DNA from: Candidatus Zixiibacteriota bacterium
GTDB lineage: Bacteria; Zixibacteria; MSB-5A5; CAIYYT01
Direction of reading: 5' to 3'
NCBI GenBank assembly: GCA_040235515.1
Contig: JBECKX010000107.1
Location: 1 to 12,007 of the forward strand
DNA length: 12,007 bases
Under the pieces are notes generated by a model. The model had not been told where the DNA came from, did not search any database, and was given only the letters and a program-made list of their open reading frames with translations. Below are positions 1 through 7,220 of this stretch, piece by piece. Positions within the stretch are counted from its first letter, which is position 1; every line of letters starts with the position of its first letter. Made by a program: the position numbers and the translations under genes.

Positions 1-2946
1 ATCGTATGCCCAGCCATCTCCACCGACGATCCAGACCGACTTGTTGACCAGGTAGTCCGCCACCGAGAGCAGATGCCTGGCTTCCGGCGTATCGAGCTTG
101 GCGACTTCTTCCTTCAGCTTTGCGACCCTGGCACGCACGGCCTCGATTTCAGTCTGAGTTGACTGCGGCGCCAATCTGAATTCATCGAGCTTGTCGGGGA
201 ATATCCGTCCCACCAGTTCGAGCGCGTATGCCTTCATCTTATCGATCGTCAGGCGCATCCCGAAACCAAACTCCGCGTTGTCCTCGAACAGCGAGTTCGA
301 CCAGGCCGGGCCACGACCATCCCACCGCTTGCAGTAGGGCGTCGTCGGCAAATTGCCGCCATAAATCGATGAACACCCGGTCGCATTGGCGATGATAGCG
401 CGATCTCCGAACATCTGCGTCATAAGCTTCACGTACGGCGTCTCGCCGCAGCCCGCACAAGCACCGCTGAATTCAAACAGCGGCGTAACGAACTGGCTGC
501 CTTTGACCGTGGAGATATTGAACTTGGACGGGTCAGGCTCCGGCAGCTCAAGGAAGAACTTGAAATTCTCGCGTTCCGTCTCTCGAAGCGGAAGCTGAGG
601 CGCCATGTTGATAGCCTTGCGGTCGGTCTTGTTGCCCATCTCGTCCTTGGCGACGGCAGGGCAGGCGACGACACACAACTCGCAGCCGGTGCAATCCTCA
701 GGCGCAACCTGCAGCGTATACTTCATTCCCTTGAGAGCGCCGGTCATCGCATCAATCGACTTGAACGTCTCCGGTGCACCCGACAGGCTCGCCGGGTCAT
801 AGATCTTCGGTCTGATCGCAGCATGCGGGCAAACCAGCGAACAGATGTTGCACTGGATACATACATCAGGTTCCCATACCGGAATATCCACCGCGATATT
901 GCGCTTCTCAAACTGCGTCGTGGCGGTCGGGTAGGAGCCATCAATCGGGAACGCACTGACCGGCAGCTCGTCACCCTTACCTTCAATAATGCGCGATGTA
1001 ACCGTCTGAACGAACTCCGGCGCCTCCCCCGGTACCACCGGCGGGCGTTTCGACGTGCTCGTCACTTTGGCGGGGTACTTAACTTCATGCATTCCATTCA
1101 CGGCAGCATCGACCGCCGCGAAGTTCATCTGAACGACCTTTTCGCCCTTGATACCGTAGGTCTTCTTGATCGCATCCTTGATCGCAGTCAGCGCCGTCTC
1201 CTTCGGAATCAACTCGGTGATCATGAAGAAAGCGGTCTGCATCAGCATGTTGATGCGTGCACCCAGTCCGAGCTGTTTGGCCAGCTCTATCGCGTCGATC
1301 ACGTAGAAACGAGCCTTCTTGTCGATGATGCCTTGCTGGAATTCCTGCGGCAGATGATCCCATACTTCTTCAGCCGAATAGGGGCTGTTGAGCAGGAAGA
1401 TTCCACCCTCAACCAGCGGCTCAAGCATATCGTATTTCTCGACAAAACTGAAGTTGTGGCAGGCGACATAATTTGCGCGCCGAATCAGGTAGGGGCGCTG
1501 GATCTCTTTCTCCGAGAAGCGTAAGTGTGAGACAGTCACCGCGCCTGCTTTCTTGGAGTCGTAGACGAAGTAACCCTGTGAGTACGCCTTCGTATTCTCA
1601 CCCAGAATCTTGATCGCATTCTTGGTGGCACCCACCGTGCCGTCGGAGCCGAGGCCATAGAAAAGGCCCCTGAAAGTATCTGCCGGCTCGATATCAAAAG
1701 AGTGGTCCATATCGAGTGAGGTCATGGTGACATCATCCACGATACCGACCGTAAAATGATTCTTCGGCGTGCTCTGTTTCAGGTTGTCGAGCACCGCCTT
1801 TGCGGCCGGCGGGTTGAATTCCTTCGACCCGAGACCGTAGCGGCCGCCGACGATCTTCGGCATAGTCTTGAATGGCGCAATGCCCCGTTCGACCATCTCC
1901 TCGAGCGCCGTCTGTACGTCGGAGTAAAGCGGTTCGCCAACCGCCCCCGGTTCCTTCGTGCGGTCGAGAATGGCCAGCGACTTGACACTCGCCGGGAGGG
2001 CCTTTGCCAGCGCATCGACTGAGAAGGGACGATAGAGGCGAACCTTAATCAATCCAACCTTCTCACCCTGCGCATTGAGATACGCGACCGTCTCATCCAT
2101 CGTCTCTGCGCCCGAACCCATCATGATGACAACACGCTCTGCCTGCGGATCACCGAAGTAATCGAACAGATGGTACTGCCGTCCGGTGAGCTTCGCAAAG
2201 TCGTCCATGACTTCCTGTGCGATGTCGATCGCCTGGATATAGTACTTGTTGACTGTTTCACGCCCCTGGAAATAGACATCGGGGTTCTGTGACGACCCGC
2301 GCAGCAGGGGACGGTCAGGTGTGAGCGCACGCATGCGGTTCTCCAGGACCAAATCATCGGGGATCATGGCGCGCATGTCGTCGAACGTCAACTCCTCGAC
2401 CTTGGCGACTTCATGTGAAGTGCGGAAGCCGTCGAAGAAGTGAACGAACGGTACGCGGGAACGAAGCGATATCGCCTGCGAGATCAACGCATTGTCCATC
2501 ACCTCCTGTACCGATCCCGAGGCAATCAGCCCGAATCCGGTGGAGCGTGTGGTCATGACGTCCGAGTGGTCGCCGAAAATCGACAGTGCCTGCACAGCCA
2601 CCGCTCGCGCGGAAACGTGAAAAACCGTCGGCGTCAACTCGCCTGCGATCTTGAACATATTCGGAATCATCAGGAGCAATCCCTGTGACGCCGTGAACGT
2701 GGTTGTGAGTGCTCCCGTCGTCAGTGAACCATGACAGGCGCCGGAAGCTCCCCCCTCTGACTGCATCTCGACTACAGTCGGTATCGTCCCCCAGATATTG
2801 CTTTCACCCTTGGCTGATTTCAAGTCTGCTATCTCACCCATCACCGATGATGGTGTGATGGGATAAATCGCGATAATTTCATTGGTCGCGTGCGCGACAT
2901 GGGCTACTGCTGTATTGCCATCGATGGAGACCATCCTGCGTTTCAT
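1..2946 (-). CDS. nifJ: Pyruvate:ferredoxin (flavodoxin) oxidoreductase, single-chain homodimeric type; 3' end lies outside the window (982 codons visible)
   Basis: Manual translation of parts of the minus strand: ATG at 2946 gives MKRRMVSIDGNTAVAHVAHATNEIIAIYPITPSSVMGE (YPITP motif). Two ferredoxin motifs CIQCNICSLVCP (~828-861) and CTGCELCVVACP (~658-693), FEFSGACAGCGE, NATGCSSIYGG and the TPP-binding GGDGWAYD at 1-24 are all in the same frame. SD GGAG at 2958-2961. Missing from the ORF track because no stop lies in the window. Confidence 0.97.
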   Translation of the reverse strand, partial: MKRRMVSIDGNTAVAHVAHATNEIIAIYPITPSSVMGEIADLKSAKGESNIWGTIPTVVEMQSEGGASGACHGSLTTGALTTTFTASQGLLLMIPNMFKIAGELTPTVFHVSARAVAVQALSIFGDHSDVMTTRSTGFGLIASGSVQEVMDNALISQAISLRSRVPFVHFFDGFRTSHEVAKVEELTFDDMRAMIPDDLVLENRMRALTPDRPLLRGSSQNPDVYFQGRETVNKYYIQAIDIAQEVMDDFAKLTGRQYHLFDYFGDPQAERVVIMMGSGAETMDETVAYLNAQGEKVGLIKVRLYRPFSVDALAKALPASVKSLAILDRTKEPGAVGEPLYSDVQTALEEMVERGIAPFKTMPKIVGGRYGLGSKEFNPPAAKAVLDNLKQSTPKNHFTVGIVDDVTMTSLDMDHSFDIEPADTFRGLFYGLGSDGTVGATKNAIKILGENTKAYSQGYFVYDSKKAGAVTVSHLRFSEKEIQRPYLIRRANYVACHNFSFVEKYDMLEPLVEGGIFLLNSPYSAEEVWDHLPQEFQQGIIDKKARFYVIDAIELAKQLGLGARINMLMQTAFFMITELIPKETALTAIKDAIKKTYGIKGEKVVQMNFAAVDAAVNGMHEVKYPAKVTSTSKRPPVVPGEAPEFVQTVTSRIIEGKGDELPVSAFPIDGSYPTATTQFEKRNIAVDIPVWEPDVCIQCNICSLVCPHAAIRPKIYDPASLSGAPETFKSIDAMTGALKGMKYTLQVAPEDCTGCELCVVACPAVAKDEMGNKTDRKAINMAPQLPLRETERENFKFFLELPEPDPSKFNISTVKGSQFVTPLFEFSGACAGCGETPYVKLMTQMFGDRAIIANATGCSSIYGGNLPTTPYCKRWDGRGPAWSNSLFEDNAEFGFGMRLTIDKMKAYALELVGRIFPDKLDEFRLAPQSTQTEIEAVRARVAKLKEEVAKLDTPEARHLLSVADYLVNKSVWIVGGDGWAYD

Positions 2947-3123
2947 AACGATCACTTCTCCAATGCCCTTCCCGGGCAGGTTAGAATGTTCATCGTCTTC
3001 ATATCTGCAGCCGGACCGCGATCGTCCGTCGGGCCGGCCTGCTCGTCACATCTATCGTCAGCTCTAAATACGTCTCTCTATATTCTTCCACCAAAATATC
3101 TATGTTTGCTGCGACCTGAACCT

Positions 3124-3152
3124 ATTATAACATACAAAATGGAGATTGTATA
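3124..3152 (-). promoter_or_regulatory. Putative sigma70-type extended -10 promoter for the PFOR gene
   Basis: Minus strand reads TATACA-17 nt-TATAAT with TGn directly before the -10 (TGTTATAAT, 3132-3124): perfect extended -10, 4/6 -35. Confidence 0.6.
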
Positions 3153-3161
3153 CGATTTTGT

Positions 3162-3725
3162 TCAATCTCCGGAAATTTTCGCCCTGGTAATCTTCTTCTG
3201 CGCTTGATACTTCCCCTTCTTGTCCGCGTACGAGGTCTCACATATCTCATCGGCGCCCAGAAAGAGAACTTGTGCGATCCCCTCACCGGCGTAGAGCTTC
3301 ACCGGAAGCGGGGAGGTATTCGAGATCGAGATAGTGACATACCCCTCCCATTCCGGTTCGAGGGGGGTGACGTTCACGATAACGCCGCAACGGGCGTAGG
3401 TCGATTTGCCAAAACAGATTGCCAGAACATCGCGGGGGATGCGGAAGTACTCGAGGCTGCGAGCAAGTAGGAATGAGTTTGGGGGGATCTTTACCGTCTT
3501 TAACTTCATCGGAACGAAATCATCGTCACTGTGATCCTTCGGATCGATCACCGCCGCATGAACCGGCGTGTAGACCTGAAACTCGTCCGACAACCGGAAG
3601 TCGTAGCCGTAGGCCGAGACACCGAAGGAAACCACATTCTTCGAAACCTGCTTGCGGGCAAAGGGCGATATTAGCTTTTGACGCCGTGCCATCTCGATAA
3701 TCCAGCGGTCGTTCTTTATAGACAC
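3162..3725 (-). CDS. dcd: dCTP deaminase (187 aa, GTG start)
   Basis: Family motifs [43 protein letters not shown] and C-terminal [11 protein letters not shown]. Confidence 0.96.
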   Translation of the reverse strand: MSIKNDRWIIEMARRQKLISPFARKQVSKNVVSFGVSAYGYDFRLSDEFQVYTPVHAAVIDPKDHSDDDFVPMKLKTVKIPPNSFLLARSLEYFRIPRDVLAICFGKSTYARCGVIVNVTPLEPEWEGYVTISISNTSPLPVKLYAGEGIAQVLFLGADEICETSYADKKGKYQAQKKITRAKISGD

Positions 3726-3791
3726 GTTACATCCATGTTGAAAGTCTACTTCATCTGTGATCTTGTCCGCATTCGCCGGTTCTATTCTACG

Positions 3792-4199
3792 CTAATCCTG
3801 CCACTCGGTCAAATCTTTAATCGTATGCTGCGAGAAAACCGTGAGAAGCCTGTCCTGGGCTTCCTCCAGCAATCTGCGCAAGCTCAACATCGCCGGTGAC
3901 TGCTGGTCGCGTGGCTCGGTGAGACACTTCGATATGTAATAGGGACCCTGGATGCTCTCGACCACCTGCTTGATCGTGATCTCCTCAGGACTCTTGCCGA
4001 GCGTGAACCCGCCCTTTACGCCGCGATGCGAACGAATCAGTCCCGAGCGCGAAAGGGACTGGAAGATCTTGGCCAGGAACTTCTCTGGGACCTTCTGATT
4101 CTCCGAGATCTCTGATAGCGGCGTTATGCGGCCGGTCGGCTGGCTGGCCAGGTACATGATCCCGAATATGCCGTACTCTTCAGCCTTTGTGAATTGCAT
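3792..4199 (-). CDS. Rrf2-family transcriptional regulator (135 aa) with a single Cys
   Basis: Winged-HTH pattern LSEISENQKVPEKFLAKIFQSLSRSGLIRSHRGVKGGFTLGKSPEEITIKQVVESIQG, C-terminal TIKDL, SD GAGGT at 4206-4210. Confidence 0.93.
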   Translation of the reverse strand: MQFTKAEEYGIFGIMYLASQPTGRITPLSEISENQKVPEKFLAKIFQSLSRSGLIRSHRGVKGGFTLGKSPEEITIKQVVESIQGPYYISKCLTEPRDQQSPAMLSLRRLLEEAQDRLLTVFSQHTIKDLTEWQD

Positions 4200-4332
4200 C
4201 GCAATACCTCATTCCCGGTTCGAGAAGTTGTACCCGAACTGTCTCACTTCAACTTCCAACCCATTCCACGTGGGTCACAAGTGAGTCGCCCAGAGAGTCT
4301 CTCAAACCCTAGTTGACTTCCTGCTCTTAGTA

Positions 4333-4350
4333 TAGTGAAATTATTCACAA
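4333..4350. promoter_or_regulatory. Rex-type operator-like palindrome
   Basis: TAGTGAA-ATTA-TTCACAA versus the Rex consensus TTGTGAA-N4-TTCACAA: 13 of 14 specified positions match and the spacer is AT-only. Confidence 0.55.
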
Positions 4351-4447
4351 GCAGGGTAGGAAAATCAGTAAATACTCTCTGAATTGTCTCGGGCCCCGGA
4401 AACTCCTCTCTTCCTAATCTATTTTCGCCGAATAACTCGCTGCGCTT

Positions 4448-4476
4448 AACATATTAATCGCCATAAATTCTGTCAA
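4448..4476 (-). promoter_or_regulatory. Putative sigma70-type promoter for rrf2-dcd
   Basis: Minus strand TTGACA (4476-4471), 17 nt spacer, TATGTT (4453-4448). Confidence 0.6.
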
Positions 4477-4600
4477 CTATTATTTTGTGATTGATTTCAT
4501 ATTCAGGTTAGCGTGTACTAACAAAGTCCTTTTTCTAAGTCAATCAAAATCATTAACTTGCTGGTTCTGTCCATGTTCGTCTGGCCTCGAACCGAATCGC

Positions 4601-4629
4601 TTTACTTCGAGCCCGTTTCATGTTAAATT
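4601..4629 (+). promoter_or_regulatory. Putative sigma70-type promoter for cobO-trxB
   Basis: TTTACT (4601-4606), 17 nt spacer, TAAATT (4624-4629) preceded by TGn; about 40 nt upstream of the cobO start. Confidence 0.45.
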
Positions 4630-4670
4630 CAACACTTTAGAGCTCTCAGAAATCGATCGGGAAGTAGCAA

Positions 4671-5216
4671 TTGGCCAAACAAGATGAAACACGTGGGCTT
4701 GTAATCGTTTACACCGGCAACGGTAAGGGCAAAACCACCGCCGCCCTCGGTATGTGTATCCGCGCCGCCGGGTATAAAAAGCGGGTGAAAATCCTGCAGT
4801 TCGTTAAGGGGAGCTGGAAGTATGGCGAGCTGAAAGGGATCAAACTCCTCTCTGAATTCGTGGAAATGGAACAGGTCGGGGAGGGATTCGTCGGGATCAT
4901 CGATGATAACAAAGATATCAAGGTACACCAGAAAGCCGCCCGCGAAGGGTTGGCGCACGCCCGCGAGATCGTCAACTCCGGTCAATATGATATCGTAATC
5001 CTGGATGAACTGAATATCGCGCTCGATTTAGATCTGATCTCGCTGCAGGATGTCCTCGAGCTGATCGAGGCCAAACCGCCGCAGGTACACCTGGTAATCA
5101 CCGGTAGAAGCGCGAAGCCGGAGATCATCGAACGCGCAGACCTGGTTACCGAGATGAGAGAGATCAAGCATCCTTATCAACAGGGAATCCTGGCACAGAA
5201 GGCAATCGACTGGTAA
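4671..5216 (+). CDS. cobO: ATP:cob(I)alamin / cob(I)yrinic acid a,c-diamide adenosyltransferase, CobA/CobO/BtuR family (181 aa, TTG start)
   Basis: Short P-loop YTGNGKGKTTAALG, QFVKG, YDIVILDE, LVITGR, ADLVTEMREIKHPYQQGILAQKAIDW. Confidence 0.96.
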   Translation: MAKQDETRGLVIVYTGNGKGKTTAALGMCIRAAGYKKRVKILQFVKGSWKYGELKGIKLLSEFVEMEQVGEGFVGIIDDNKDIKVHQKAAREGLAHAREIVNSGQYDIVILDELNIALDLDLISLQDVLELIEAKPPQVHLVITGRSAKPEIIERADLVTEMREIKHPYQQGILAQKAIDW

Positions 5217-5320
5217 CCGGTGGCGCCCGGCGATTGGAGGGAACCTTCCGGTGCCGTAAGCCATTATGAGATAGTAGATGATTCGATACGCACTTGGGGT
5301 ATAGCAATTGAGGTATGACA

Positions 5321-6304
5321 ATGAACACAGACGCTGACTATGATATCGTAATTGTAGGTGGAGGACCGGCCGGACTCACCGCCGGGCTCTACGGCGCTCG
5401 CGCCAATCTGAAAACGCTTTGCATTGAGAAGTACCTGCCCGGTGGACAGATTGCGGCTACCGAAGAAGTGGAAGATTACCCCGGCTTCGAGCATATCCTC
5501 GGCGCGGAGCTGGCGCAGAAGTTCGAGCAGCACGCCCGCAAATTCGGGCTTGAGATTATCTCCGACCAGGTTGAAGAAGTCTATCAACGCGACGGTCTGC
5601 ACGTCGTCAAGGGCGCCGATCGCGAGTACACCGCCAAAACCGTGATCCTTGCTACCGGTGGCAGCCCCAACCTGCTCGGCGTGCCGGGCGAAAAGGAGTT
5701 CTCCGGCAAGGGTGTTTCGTATTGCGCCATCTGTGACGGCGCCTTCTTCAAGAACCAGGTGATCGTGGTTGTGGGTGGTGGTGACGCCGCGGTGGAGGAG
5801 GGGATCTTCCTCACCAAGTTCGGCTCCAAAGTAATCCTGATTCACCGCCGCGACAAGCTGCGGGCGCAGAAGATCATCCAGAATCGGGCGTTCAAGAACC
5901 CCAAAATGGAATTCGTCTGGGATAGCGTGGTCGAGTCCATCGAAGGGGAATCGAAAGTCACGCACGTCAAGGTCAAGAATATCAAGACCGGCGAGATATC
6001 CCGGATCGATTGCGGCGCGGTCTTCATCTTCATCGGCTTCGTACCCAACTCGAGGATCACCCGCGAACCGCTCAAGCTCGATGAAAATGGCTATATCCTC
6101 ACCAACGAGAATATGGAGACCTCCACCAGCGGCGTATTCGCCTGTGGCGATGTACGCCACCAGCTCGTTCGTCAGGTAACCAATGCTGTGGGTGATGCCA
6201 CGACAGCTGCGATGGCTGCCGTGAAGCATATCGAGGAGCTTGAGGATGACGCCGGCGATTCGACAGGCACACCCTCAGCGGCACAGGGAGCCGGAAAGGC
6301 GTAG
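5321..6304 (+). CDS. trxB: Thioredoxin-disulfide reductase (NADPH), low-molecular-weight type
   Basis: FAD-binding [12 protein letters not shown], active site [15 protein letters not shown]-binding GGGDAA and [15 protein letters not shown]. Start placed at ATG 5321 because SD GAGGT (5310-5314) abuts ATG 5315 but is 6 nt from 5321. Confidence 0.96.
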   Translation: MNTDADYDIVIVGGGPAGLTAGLYGARANLKTLCIEKYLPGGQIAATEEVEDYPGFEHILGAELAQKFEQHARKFGLEIISDQVEEVYQRDGLHVVKGADREYTAKTVILATGGSPNLLGVPGEKEFSGKGVSYCAICDGAFFKNQVIVVVGGGDAAVEEGIFLTKFGSKVILIHRRDKLRAQKIIQNRAFKNPKMEFVWDSVVESIEGESKVTHVKVKNIKTGEISRIDCGAVFIFIGFVPNSRITREPLKLDENGYILTNENMETSTSGVFACGDVRHQLVRQVTNAVGDATTAAMAAVKHIEELEDDAGDSTGTPSAAQGAGKA

Positions 6305-6362
6305 CTGCTGAAAGCGACCGCAGGATAGCTTTAGATCGACCTGGAATTCTACGCGATAAATC

Positions 6363-6397
6363 AGGGCAGGGACCACCGGTTCCTGCCCTTCGTATTT
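6363..6397. terminator. Hairpin between convergent trxB and padR-like genes; probable intrinsic terminator
   Basis: AGGGCAGGGACC-ACC-GGTTCCTGCCCT (12 bp including one G-U on the + strand) followed by TCGTATTT; the U-tract is imperfect. Confidence 0.65.
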
Positions 6398-6442
6398 CCA
6401 GCCTGTTTTCCCGGAGGGCGCTGGTTGGAGCCCGGCTGGCGG

Positions 6443-6997
6443 CTACTTCGCCGAGAGGGATTTCCAGCCGTCAGGGGTGTTCTTTTCGAGCCACTTGAGG
6501 AAATCCAATTCCGACTTGAGAAACTTGATTCGGTGTCGCATCACCGCGATACGGCCGAATGGCTCATCCCCCGACATCTCTGCCTGCTGCCAGTATTCCT
6601 GCGTCTCCTCCAGTTCGGCCTCGATCAGGTTACGCCGCTCTGTTAGCAGGTCTGTAAACTCCTCCTCGCTCGAACCGAACGAATCGGCGAACGCCAGCAG
6701 TAGATCGAAATCGAAATAGGCCCTCCGCGAGAGCAGCAACTCACGGTGTTCGGGACGGCCAAGCTCCGCTCTTCCCTTGTCGGTGACCCGGTAGACCTTG
6801 CGGTTGGATTCATCCGCTCCGGCGCGTGAAATCAGTCCGGCGTCGTTGAGTTTCCTGAGCGAATAGTAGAGATGCGGTCGCGAATATTCCGCCCACAGAT
6901 GTGCACCCTTCTCCTGCAATCGGCGGTCGATTTCCCACGCATGCGCTGGAATATCGCTAAGAAGAGCCATGATGATGAGATCGGTTCTAGTCAGCAT
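6443..6997 (-). CDS. PadR-family transcriptional regulator with long helical C-terminal domain (about 184 aa)
   Basis: TDLIIMALLSDIPAHAWEI...SRPHLYYSLRKLNDAGLI...RKVYRVTDKGRAEL is the PadR winged helix. The C-terminal LLTERRNLIEAELEE...FLKSELDFLKWL resembles the AphA/PadR subfamily-1 dimerisation helices. ATG 6997 preferred over the track start at 7045 because the family pattern begins there. Confidence 0.88.
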   Translation of the reverse strand: MLTRTDLIIMALLSDIPAHAWEIDRRLQEKGAHLWAEYSRPHLYYSLRKLNDAGLISRAGADESNRKVYRVTDKGRAELGRPEHRELLLSRRAYFDFDLLLAFADSFGSSEEEFTDLLTERRNLIEAELEETQEYWQQAEMSGDEPFGRIAVMRHRIKFLKSELDFLKWLEKNTPDGWKSLSAK

Positions 6998-7220
6998 TAC
7001 AGGGCATATTATTAATAATCTCCACCTGTTTCGCAACTGAAACAAAAATCTCTCGCAGCGTTTCGTGTTAGCGACTTTTGGCGGAAAATGAACAGAGGGG
7101 GCAGTTAACGCCCATTAACCTTTTGTCGATACTCTTCACGAGCACAGTAATGGAGAAGGCTGTGCCACGCTACTTCACACGTAAATATGGGCCTGACGGA
7201 CAGGGAAATTCAGGTAAAAA

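Noticed and set aside
239..2688. Numerous ORF-track entries (e.g. 823..1524 +, 233 aa) within the PFOR region
   Set aside because: All overlap the PFOR frame, which carries the expected conserved motifs; they are shadow or alternative-frame ORFs.
3088..3107. NrdR box-like AATATCTA near dcd/PFOR
   Set aside because: Lacks the conserved flanking C and G of the NrdR box, is not tandem, and is downstream rather than upstream of dcd.
4313..4336. + strand sigma70 promoter TTGACT...TATAGT
   Set aside because: Spacer is only 12 nt, too short for sigma70.
4500..4670. Cobalamin riboswitch upstream of cobO
   Set aside because: Only an isolated GGGAAG (which is also the likely SD region); no GCCACTG B12-box or other core elements visible. 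cmscan would settle it.
4487..4687. 66 aa + strand ORF in the rrf2-cobO intergenic region
   Set aside because: AT-rich, no SD, overlaps predicted promoter elements and the cobO start out of frame; no family features.
5264..6229. 321 aa ORF antisense to trxB
   Set aside because: Codon-for-codon mirror frame of a well-conserved gene. Such stop-free antisense frames arise from GC3-biased codon usage; no recognisable motifs.
6998..7045. 16 aa N-terminal extension of the PadR protein in the ORF track
   Set aside because: Not family-like, TTG start without SD, and coincides with promoter/operator-like DNA.
7045..7220. c-di-GMP-I (GEMM) riboswitch upstream of the HD-GYP gene
   Set aside because: No GGCAAAC...GAAA...GACGCAAAGC architecture found on either strand.
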